Part shown: one piece after another, positions 28,701-40,700 of the stretch
How the letters are laid out: the number at the start of each line of letters is the position of its first letter
Numbering within the stretch: position 1 is the stretch's first letter
NCBI RefSeq assembly: GCF_964204645.1
Contig: NC_134026.1
Location: forward strand, 10,687,950 to 10,751,949
Source of the DNA: Tubulanus polymorphus
Lineage: Eukaryota; Animalia; Nemertea
Direction: 5' to 3'
DNA length: 64,000 nt
The notes under the pieces: model-generated
The model's database searches: none
What the model saw: the letters and a program-made list of their open reading frames with translations, nothing else
What the model was told of the DNA's origin: nothing
Position numbers and translations under genes: made by a program

Positions 28701-31700
28701 AAAATGGTGTGACAGCAGGTTTGCATAGCTTGCATAAAATGCGCTATTACAAAGGAGGAGAACTACTTTGGGAACATGTTTTATCAGCCAAGATCTCAGG
28801 TGTTTCTGGTAGTAGGTAAGTGGGAATTTGTTTTACTGAGCCAAAAAATTGGCACGATTAGCTTCAAGATTGCTGATTGGCTGCCATCGTTGCTGGCAAA
28901 ATCACCACATTTTTTAGGTTTTCAAGGGAAATTTTGCAGACCCTTAAACACATGCGGTGCTGACATCATAATAGTGCTGCCCCCAATTGCCGCACGAATA
29001 TTCTCGTAGGCTGGCAATTGAGCTGTTACATAGCCAGCCTTTGCTCATAATTGACCAATAAACATTGAGTTTGTTCACATTGTCAGCCAATCAGGAACTG
29101 TGATTCCCTGTGTGCCGGAGTGCAAATATCTCACTATAGATAGGGAAAAATCAGCTGCGAATATATTCGTAGTGGCACTAGTGACAGAACTGGAAGTACG
29201 AATATATTCGTAGCCAGCAGTGAATGTGCTTACCAATTTACTGATGTTTCATATATGAAGTTAATGTATATGTATCCCACTATGGCCCTTAGCCATAAGA
29301 AAAATGGGTTGATCGGACACAAGATGGCCATCCCATCAGAGACCAGTAGCTTACTTACAAATGGTTTGCTGTTTTCCATTGTATATGTATATGTGTATGT
29401 GTATACTGGTATAAAATAAGGCTAAGATAACCTGGACAATAAAATTTTCTTCTATGGTAAATAATCCACAAAGCTGGTCCGTTTTTATGATAATCACGAG
29501 GGTCTACAATGAATGTTTTGACAGATGGCACAAGCTAATTTTGTTGAAATGTGCTTGGTAGATTTTTTTGCTCTTTGTTCCATGGGTCATTCCCCGATGC
29601 TCTGAAAACATTTGAAATTTTTGGCGAATGACCCCAAAACCCCCAGCCGGTGGCTCACAACATAAAATGCATGTGTATTGAAATGTGATGTTCATACAAT
29701 CCTGATTTCTAATGAACTGGATTAATTTCATTGATCCCGATCGCTTTGGTTTATTGTATGTATACAGTTCCAATCCATATCAATTATGTTGAAACTACTT
29801 TCTTTTTCTCGACAGGCATTTAATTTGCGTATCGTGTGAGGATTGCACAATCTCAATATTTACACTGTGTGGAAGGCGTATACTGTCTCCATTAGCGATC
29901 AATTCTAATATATCCATACTTAACACATCAGGTCATTATGTAATGGTCGTCACGTGTAAAGGAACATTATCGATCTGGTAAGAATGATCTCTTTTTGAAT
30001 CAAAAGACTGGTTTTTCAAATGAACATGAATCCTATCAATAGTTTGTGAATAAATCTTACTTTTAGGAATATGAACTTATTTTCTGCTGTTATAAAGAAC
30101 GAGTCCTTAGATTCAATACTAACAGGTATGTGTGAAACGACAGGTTATGAATTGGGACAAACATATCTGATCCTTAAGCACTGAACTCAAATGCCCTACA
30201 AATTGAACAAACAAGTGATTTACGTATATCAACAAAATTCGTTCGGCGTTAGGTACATTGCTGGTAGAGCAGTAACTAGGAGGAGAGTTAGACTAAAACG
30301 TCTGTACGGTGAACACGTTTCACTCAGTCTTACATGCGGCTGCGGCCTAGTGTTGAATTCGCTGGTTCGCTATTATATGCATTGAACTGCCTAACTGTGC
30401 GAACGAATTGAGGCCTAGGCCAGGTCGAATTCATTTGAATGTTTCTGATCGAACTAAAATTATTATCTTATGTTGCTAACCTGACCACATAGGGAGATTC
30501 TTTCTAGTTTAAATTTTTGATGGGCATTCTATGAGGAGGGATCTGTAGCATTTCAGATAAGTTTTGCAATCAGTCAAATATCACGCAATTGGTGGCCATC
30601 GTAGTGTCATCAGTGTTCATTCGTAAGTTGGAAAAAGGTTTTTTAAGGAAAATACCATCAGGTTTAGATTATAGTCTTGATACCTCATTATTATTAGCAC
30701 TATCATAGGATACATCTCAGGGTTTCACGGTTATTGGTTTTTGTATATAGTCACCAGCGGGTGTTGAATAGCAGAATAACTTAGTATGTCCTTATTGGCA
30801 CCTAGGCGTATTTCTTTACTACTATCAGTTGCGATATTGTAGCTCATGACATGTTGTATGACTATAGTGAGCTTCATGGTAATTGATTTCAGCGTATGAT
30901 CACCAGGGGGCGTTGAATATTGCAGAGATTAGAATTCTCCGCGAATTTTGGTATTGAAAAATATTATTTTTCCAAATTGTCCAAAAATGATGTAAAGTAT
31001 AGGGGGAGGATGATGATGGTCTCACCCAGCTGGTCCGGCGTTATCGGTAATCGGTTGAACCGTAAAAGCGTTCAGCGCCTGTTTTACTTATCGTGGCGTA
31101 TTGCATTTCAATGTGTATTCATTGCAACACTGATTTTGTATCTACTACGATGTATTTTATGGATCGGTTGCAGACACGCGCGAGCGGCATCAGTAGTAAT
31201 GTATATAGGCCTACTTACTGTTGCCGCGTGAGTACGTGGCGAACGCCTTCAGATATTATACACTGTGATGATTTTTAGTGAGCATTCATCGGCACATTTT
31301 AACTGCAATAATTTGGGGCTCGACCCGTAATACGTGAGATGCTGATTGTCATCGAATGAGGATGTGCCACTTTCAAAATAGCCATTACCTTCCAAAAGTA
31401 ATAGTCGTTCATGGGTTCAAGATAGCTCTAAATGCTCGGAAAATGCTTTTAATTTCTAAAATTTTCTTGGGGGAGGGCCACATAATATTGATACCTAAGC
31501 CGTCAGGTGGTTCGCGTTTGTAACTGAAGTAAAAATACCGCAGATTTTATAGGTTGGCATTCTAATCCCTGATATTGAAATTGTTAGATTGTTGAGCATT
31601 TCATAGCACTTCCCAAGTGGGCATGGTGTCCCGCAAATACCTTGTCTAATACTAAGAATTGTGATATTTCCTTCAGGATACATTACATGGGGCACTTTTT

Positions 31701-34700
31701 AGAAGTTACTTTGGTTTGGGAACTATACCACTAAACATTTTTTGGAATACCCACTACCGTACGGTGGCGCCGCCGCGAGCCACGTGACTCAATTTCTTCC
31801 TTAGCGCCGCCATTTTTGGTGCGGTTTTTTGGGAGCTGCCGCTTAGAGTGTTATTTATATACGTGGTTGAAAGCCATCCGGTTTATATTAACGGTCAGGA
31901 CAGAGCTATTCAGCCGTTTTCATCGGTGAGTTCCTTCCATTTTGATTTCTTTTACTGATACACCAATAAACTCGATCTTAAATTGTTCGCGGCCGGAGCA
32001 CTCCGTTTCCGGATCCCAGCCATGCTTTTTGTTCGTCACAAATCGGTGACTTCTCGGTCGAGTAAACCACAATCCACGTTAAATTTTATTTCATTTGCAC
32101 GTTCTATTATTTGCTTGCCTTTTAGCTTTTTGCGCTTGATAGGCCTAAGTGTCTGAATTGGTACCGTAAGCCGGTACCTGGCCAGTTATATTCAAATGAC
32201 CTTTATTGTACCTTAAGGTTACGAAACGTCATTTACTTAATTATGTCCATCCTCCCTTTGCAGGGACTCGAACCTGATGGCATCGTTACACTCAGCCACG
32301 GCACGAACCCCTGCCATAAACGACCATGTGCGCAGTTACATGTGCACTATACGAACGAAAACTGGCGGCACCAATCAGATTGCTTGTTGTATAATCGCTT
32401 TGGCAATCAATTCCAATATTGATTCCGTTTCGTCTCTGAGTAAATTCGAACTGCAAATATTTGAAGAAATCTGTCGTAGTTTCGGTTTGGAAAGTTTATC
32501 GAGTCATCAGATGTTGTGTTTGATAACTGTTTGATAACAAAGCACACGAGAACGAACAATCAAACCATGCTTCGACAACCCGGAAATCATATAAATGGGA
32601 AAACCCGGGCGGAAGTATGGACCAAATGAAACATGATTTCTGATTGGCTGACAATGACATCACGGTAAACCTGCGCATGTATCTGCGCACATGGTCGTTT
32701 ATGGCAGGGTTTCGTGCCGTGGCAATCTCGATGCCATCAGGTTCAAATCCCTGCAGGGGGAGGATGAATTATGTCGGACTCTAGTCCTGGAGATAGAAAA
32801 GCCCATTCGCAGCCACATGATGTCTCTGGTACCTCTTCCCCTACTGGCGCGGTACGACCTCCGGTAGGGGTGCAGGCCGGCATTCCCTCACGGGAGCCCT
32901 CGGTTGTAAGTTCAGTGTGGCAATCCTGTAACAAGAGGGCTAAAAAAAGTCGGTGAGCATCGGGTTCGGCCAACCGGCTCCCATTACTCTTGTTACGACA
33001 GTGGCCCAAGTGGCCACTAAAACACGGCTAATCGGTTCTTGAATCTGTTCCGTTTTTGCCTGGGTTAATCAGCCGGGTCAGGTTCAGGCTCCAGGTATCA
33101 GTCCGACCGAAGACCGGTCTGGATAGCTGAGGCAGCCAAGAAGCGAGCCGTCTTAGGCCTTAATAGATTTATTCTGTTTTAGCAAAATTATTTATATTAT
33201 ATTTTTAGTAATAGGCTCTACCGTTTAATGTCAGATGCTGGGACAGTAAGAGCTAGGCTCTCGGGTCTTATGAAATGTCCGGTACCTCCTCCCCTTCCAG
33301 CCCGGTTCGACCTCTGGAAAGGGTGCAGTCCGGCATTTTTTCCCACGGGACATCCGACGGAAAGGTCACTGTGAGGTCAGAGTTATTCAGACGTCGGGCC
33401 CGCCAACAGCCGCGGCACTCCTGTCTCTGAAAACATCTAGCATCAGCTGAGTCCGATAACCACAGACCACCTGTGCCTCCTCCCCTTCCAGCACGGTTTG
33501 ACCTCTGGAAAGGGTACAGGCCGGCGTTTTGTCACGGGACCTCCAACCGACAGGTCATTGCAGCCGTCCTGTGTTGGGTCAGAGAATCTCTGAGTCGTCG
33601 GGCTAGCCAACCGCCTGGCATTCCTGTCTCTGTAAACCTCTCGCATCGGCTGAGTCCGATAAACTACAGACCGAACCGATGTTCAACCCACACCGTGTTC
33701 ATTCTTGGTGAATAAGCCGGATCCAGTGCAGCGCGTTGGCCTTTCAGTCGGCAGTCGCTCGGTGCACAGAGCGGCGCGACCTAGGCTGGAAAAGTTCGGC
33801 ATCCGGAGTCAGCTGTTGCATTGAGTGTAGCGTATGACTGACTCCCAGGTCTTGGTTTGACCAGCATGGGTCCAGTCAGAAGATGGCTGACCCACCCATT
33901 TCTCCCCGACTCGTAAGGATTCGGGGTTTCGAGACTGCTTACGTTTTCTCGCCTGAATGCTTAGCTGGGTTGACGCATCTGTTAAACCGATTGTCAGGTT
34001 TCTACCGTGTAGTGCATCAAGTTGCCTAGGGCAGGGAGCCTTTTCCTGGGCTTTCTCAAAACATTACTTTTGGATTGGTAATGTCCAGGATATGGCACTC
34101 ATTAGATAACTGAATTTTCAGTCCCTACTACATAGGGAATGTCTGACTTGCCGTGTGTTCCAGCGTTCATGGATTGCTATCCAGTCCCTGGAGAGGTCGG
34201 CCTCATATTATTCGTCTCGTCGTCAAGGCTTGCGTTAATATATTAACGGCAAGACCTTCTAGATTAAAAGATTCGGTTCTAAACTCCCGTAGCTGATCCA
34301 GAATTGGCTGTTCCAGGTCCTGCTTGGGTCACACTGCTCTGCTTTTCCGATTGGTGAACAGAACATAATAGACATTAGGCTTTCTGAAAGCCATGGTCGC
34401 AGACTTTGTTCTTTATGGACACTCGTGGAGAAGCAGCCGAGGTTAAGGCAAGTGTTTGAGGATGATGGTAGAGGCACATTCTCTCACCCTAGCCCTTTCG
34501 TATGGTGCTAACTTGAGCCCACAGAGTGGCCATGTGAGTTAAGGCTTTCGTCTCCAGTTCGCTTGTGTCTCGCCTTGTGAGTCATCCTCCGGGCATAAGA
34601 CTGAGAGGGTCATGAGGTACACCTCTCCCGCAACGGGATTTGCTGGGAGGGAGGAAGTGCAGGCTCTGCTGCCCGGCCAATTGGGTGGTGTCGATCGTCT

Positions 34701-37700
34701 TGATGTGGGCATGGAGTTTGACCTTCCAGGGTGGGGTTACCCACCCCACCCAAGCCAGGCTAGTCAGCTCTGAGAAGCGATATCCAGGCTGTCGTGCATC
34801 ACTCGTTGGGGGCAGTACTGGTCTAGAGTCCTCGTTCTAGATGATCCCAGCGGTGCACCTTCACAGCAGGCCATTTCAGAGATTTTGTAGGGCCGGCTGG
34901 CACTGATCGACAAAGGGTTAGAATGTTCTACAGCAACCCCTTCCCTGGATCGGGTAGGATCAAGATGGGTGGATGTTCCTCTCGGGAGTTTGATAGACAG
35001 ACACGTATGGTTAGCCACCAATAGCCAGTCTGGTCCTGTCTTCAGAATCAACGAGGCACTCGGTCAGTTATTCTCTCTGATCAGACAGCAGATATTCTCG
35101 CCTGGTACAAGTTCGAGGAATTCATATCTCTGTAGTTAAACTAGCAGGCATGAAGGATATCAGGGCCGCTCTTCAGCCCATCAGGCCTTGGAATGAATTA
35201 ATTTTCTCTTCCACGGAGGTGTCAATCCGAGGGCTTCCCGCTGCCTGTGTCCCCGTTCCGACCAGTAGGGGTGGAAGATAAGACGCTTTCGTTCCGCTGA
35301 GATGGAATCCTAGCGTATATGTAACCTCGTAGCGAGCAACCGAAAAAGCGCTACTGGTTGGAGAATATGGTGCTTGGATTACAGGTCCAGAGTACCTGTC
35401 GCCCTAAAAGCATGGGTGATTGCGGCTGGTAACCGTTAAGGTTAGGAGCCATCTATAAAGTACGTACACATGGTCTAGCTAGGACCAGAGCCAGATCGTA
35501 CTGAAAGCGCACAACAGGTGGCAGACAGCTATCAATCTGCACGCCCTGAGCGGACAAATTATGTCGTAAATATGTATCACTCCGATCCTGGAAGAATGAT
35601 AACAGTTCTGAATCAAATCACTGTGGGACTGAACTGACTCTCTTAGATCTAATCACCAACAAGAAAGAAATTCTAAAAATGGGCTTGCTGACATGGTTGT
35701 ACTGAAAGCTTGCTTGGTGGTTTTGTATTTCTGTAGTAGAATTAATTGAACTGATTACTTAATAAAGAGCCAAGAGATCGGCGTTGTCTTACATCGTTAC
35801 ATGAAATGTTACACATGTTGACTGGGAATCGGGATGGTTTTATTATAGACGTGGACCAAGTTAGTGCAAGCTTTTGGATAGTTGTTATTTGAATATTGTA
35901 GAGTCTTAACGGAATCTATCATCATGTTGATAATTGCTAGATTACTTATCTGATTGTGATGAAATGATTATGCATAGAAAAATTTACAGCTAAAAGAAAA
36001 AACGTGACTAACTTATGTGACTTCAGATGAAGAGAAGCGAACACGAAAATAGATAGGATCCACAATTTTTCTTTTTAAAATAATAAAGACATTAAGCAAG
36101 AATAAGTTGCATTTCCTTCAAATGACAATCCACTACGATGATCCGATTAAGTTTATTGCCACCATAGACTACCGCCCCCTGGCTCTTTGAAGAGACAGGG
36201 GACCAGTCTTCAATTCAGTTCAGAATTTATTTAACAGAAAAGCGGTTTTAAGTTTTATTAGATATTTAAACTGAAAAATATAAATGTTCATACAGAGATT
36301 TTTCAAATGGCCACTAACGCAAGCACCCAATGAAATTAAAGAAAAGTAAAAGAATTTTTTTTAAACGTGAAAGTAATTATTTCATTGTGAAATTTTAATT
36401 GTGTCAATAAAGAATGAATTGAATTGTCAGCAGCGCTATGCCGCGCATGAATACCAATTTCAAGACTGATCACGCACGCTCAACCAAGGTTGGTATGCGC
36501 TGCTGAAATAACAAAAACGATTAAACAAAATCATTAAACAATGAAAACGACAACCGATATAGCCAATATACGAAAGGAACCTAGATTTTATTACTGCATT
36601 AAATTTGTGTAAATATCACAGCCCAAGAAAGTTTCTAACGAAAGTAATCGACTCCCCAAACAGGTTATCAATCCGTGTGATCGCAATATGGGCTTGCAAG
36701 CATGCAAGCCCATGATAAAAACAGTTGGTAAGATGTGAGTTAACGTAATGGAGTTAAAGACAATATCATAAAACTGCAGTGGTTCACATATACGCTAGGA
36801 AATCGGCAGTCGGGATTGGTTGAGGGTGGAGGAGGCGCTGAACCATAGGGTCCATTCAACTCCCTGGGCAGGCTAGTTTTCTGGCCCGGGGGTTGAGTTA
36901 TTAATTGCGCCAGAAAGTCTCATCTTGGGGGAGAGATCTGTTGTTCATATCTCTGAAGAAGCATTCATCGACAGCGTCACTCGTTGGTTGTCTGATCTCA
37001 TTCGAGTGGTCTTTTTTCTTCGATAGGTCCGATCCTACTCACATGGTTGGTCTAGTCGTTAAGTGTTTTCTATGGCTGCTTCATGGGTGGTTTTCTATTG
37101 AAGTTTTTTTTTTCAAGTAGCTCCTGGGGCAGTGGGAACCCCTTGGCTTTTCTTTATTGAAAGATATTTAGGTCTGCTGTGTGTTTTACCAGTGATAGGC
37201 CCAAGTAGGTAATGAAAACTCTCTATTTTTAGATTTTAAGTATTTGAAGTTTTGGAATCTAAATATAGAATTAGAAGTTTAAGACACAAGGCTTCGATCT
37301 CTCTCGAGAGATTTTCATCAGGTGTGGCTCAGTTTTCATTGGCCAGGCGCTCGGAATTCCGTCTCGGGGTTTGTTCCTCGTTCCGTGTTTTAGTCTTTAT
37401 CTCCGATGGATCTTTTTGATCCGGATCAGGAGGTCTGACTGTTAATTTGAGGTTATTTGTGATTTTTCCTGCTCTTTATCGGCATCTCAGGGTCAGGTCC
37501 TCTGCGGGTGAGCGGCTGGGCGAGAGTGTTTGTCAATCGGAACTCGTCCAGGAGACTCACTCTCTCAGTGCGGCAGATATGTTTTGTTTTTGTTTTGTCA
37601 TGTTTTGTTTTATCTGTTTATGAATATATATCCTGATATGTGTGTGTTATATCCAGCCAGGTTTCTAGTTCGGAATCCTCGGGCTGGAGTCAGATGTCTA

Positions 37701-40700
37701 ATCTTTACCGGGCATTTTTGCCTTTGTAGTCCAGGTTTAGCTCGGGTTTTTTCGTCCTCGTGCTATTTGCTGGGTGAATATTTCCGTCGTGTACTGTACC
37801 CTTTCCTATGGTTTTTGCCAATATTTTCTAAATTTGGATTTATCGCCAATGGTTTTTCTATACGACCCGGCCCTGCGGTATTGCATTTAGCCACCGGCGA
37901 AATCCGCCATCTTTTTTCTTGGCGTTCTCGCAGTAGAACGCGTTGGATTTTTTCGCCGTAAAAATCTGGGAATTAGGATATTAGGGAGTTTTTCACTCTC
38001 GTAACGGTGAGTCCGTTCGGTTTGGGGGTTATCCCTGATTTCTTTTTTTCCGTAAGAATTTTATTTACAAATATAATTTGATTGAATTGAATTGAATTGT
38101 TTTGATTTGTAACAGGATAATTATGCCACCCCCTCCTAAGGGTCAGCATCGTGGCGGGGAGGGATGCGGGCATTTGTTTGGCGCCTGGGACAACCACGAT
38201 TCATGTGCGTCAAGTGCAGGCGCAAATCCGGTCAAATATGTGCAAGGAGCAATCCTTGCAATATTTGCGTCGTGTGGTCCGAGGACCTTTGGCTTCGGGC
38301 CGATAAGGCTCTTAAACTAAGAGATCGTCGTCGAGTTAGCAGGGATTCGTCGGTTTCGGCCGATGTGCCAACCGACGTTTCTAATCCTGTTTCTTATCGT
38401 AAAGCGGAGCGGTCGCCGGTCGTTCAGGTACGATCGGCTTCCCAACTCCGTTCACCGGGGAAGAACGCTGGTTCACCGGCACCGGTCTCCGGTCATTCAC
38501 CGGTCTCTGGTCGTTCACCGGTTCGGCCGGTTCGGCCGGTTCAGACTACATGTTCGGAACCGAGCGCGCGCCGCGGTAGTCGCGAACGGCCCGCACCGGT
38601 TCGGTCGGTACCGGTCCGGTCCGGGTCGGGCATTGGTCCGGTTCGGTCCGGTTCGGCCACCGGTCCGGTCCAGACGTCGTCCGGTACAAAACATCCGGTA
38701 CGTTCATCGTCTGATTCTGATCGTCGCTCCGGGGATAGAGCTCGCTCTCCCACTAGATTTAGACGCCGGGAGCGTAATAAACGAGCAAGATCTCCTTCTC
38801 GCAGATCAAGGTTTGATCGCGAGAGGGACTACGATCGTTATTGTCGGAAGTTTCGCCGTCGGTCTTCTCATCGTTCGTCGACGTCGGTTAGCGATGAAAG
38901 CGATTCTTCTAGTAGGTCACGATCCCGTTCGAGGGACCGTCACCGAAGTCGGCATGATCGTCGGGATACTGGAAAATACCTGACTCAGAAGGATTTCCAT
39001 GTATTTGAGGAGAAAATTTTAAACTTGTTATCTTCGTCGCAACAAGTCGCTGCAACTTCTACAACAGGTAAGCCTATTCCTGATTGTCCGGTTAGAAGTT
39101 CGCCAGCCCACTCAGTTTTTCGGAATTCTGACTCTGAATTCCTGGATGCTGCGGTAGGGTCTGATTTCAATGAGGATCCGGTCCCAGAGGCGGCAATTCC
39201 TTCTGGGGTCGTTCCTGTCGCAAGCAATTGTGGGTTGCCCCAGACGATGGGGGCTTCCCTGGCTCGCAATGTATCTCCGTCCCGTTCAGTTTTATCCGAA
39301 CCAGCGGGGGACATGCCATTTAGAGCGATGATAAGTGAGTTCTTTGTCAAGCACGGGGCAACTCGCGCTAAGCCCACAGCAGCTCCTCTGGTCGGTGAGT
39401 CAATGGAAGCTTATCGCCCTCCGGACTCCGATCTTAACGTTTTACGGGAATCGTCAGCGGTTTCAAGAGAATGGGCTCGATTGGATACGCAATTATGGGG
39501 TGAATGTCGGCCTGGAACTTTTTCATTTCCCCCTCCAGAACGGGGTATGAAATCTGGGAAATATTTTAGTTCAACCGATCCACCTATAGGCGCATTTCGC
39601 TCGGCGTATTACGCAACTCCAGGTGCTGTGGATCACAGTCATAACTGCCTGGATGCTGATTATACTTTGATCAGCCCGGATACTGTTACAGCACAGTCGG
39701 GTATTCGTTTGCCTAAGTCCGGTTTGGTGGCCATGACGTCAATCCTGGACAATCTTACCAGGGTTGGTTCGTTTCAAGATATGGCACTTAAGGTGTTGAC
39801 GGGTGAGCTTCGCGAGACTCACGCCGCCGTTCATGCGGGCTCCGACCCAGAGTCAGTTGCCCTAAAACTGGAGGGAATGGACCGGATTATCCAATCTTTG
39901 GCTCGGTCTGTTTCGCATGTAATTCCGTTGTCGGTTCGGGGTCAGGCTAATCTGGTGTTAGCCTCCCGTCAGTCAGTGATGGACTCCAGTGCCAAAACTC
40001 GTCTACCGGATATGGTGTCCAATGCTTTGCTGAGAGCCCCATTGGGGACGTCTTCACGTCTCTTCTCCGGTTGGTGCGCTCCGGTTTCCGCAGAGCTGAG
40101 GAAGATTCGGGAGGTTCAGGCCAAGTCCAACCCCCGAACTCCGTGGAAAAAGCGTTCTGGTCCGACGCCGGCGGCGCAAGGTTCGGCACGGACGCAAACA
40201 GGACCATCTCAAACTTCAGCGCTTTCTCAGGCGGCTTCGGATGCCGGTTGGAGAACTAGCGCGCAACTTCAACAATCGTGTCAAGCCTCGTCCGGTCGTA
40301 ACAGTTCCGGTTCGTATCGAGGCAAGGGGAAGGCTCCAAAAAGGGGCTCTTCCTTTCGGAAAAACTCGAAATGAATTCTTGGGACCAGTGGGAGGTTGTC
40401 TGCAGCAGGCAGCAACCCACTGGTCCGACCTCTTTGGAGACGGTTGGCCCTCCCGGGTCGTCTCTCGGGGCTACCGTCTCCGTTTCCTAAGGCGACCGCG
40501 CCTGATGAGGTCACCTCCCGACATGCGGCCAAAACCAGGTCAGGAGGCCTTAATCTCTCCGGCTCTCAAGGAACTGGCAGAGAAGGGAGCGATAGAACCA
40601 GTTTGCAACGAAACTTCTCCCGGCTGGTTTTCTCGAATATTCATGGTACCAAAGGCCACAGGGGGTCAACGGACAGTGATAGATCTGTCATCCCTCAATC

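Noticed and set aside
37281-37330. Hammerhead-like CTGATGA-hairpin-CGAA on the - strand
   Set aside because: GAAA core is broken (CGAAG), stems I/III are not convincing, and it lies within decayed recombinase coding sequence.
38410-38720. Dense CCGGT/ACCGG repeats resembling an array
   Set aside because: No repeat-spacer periodicity; they encode the low-complexity P/V/R/S region of DIRS ORF1. The alternative-frame ORF 38363..38983 is a by-product of GC richness.
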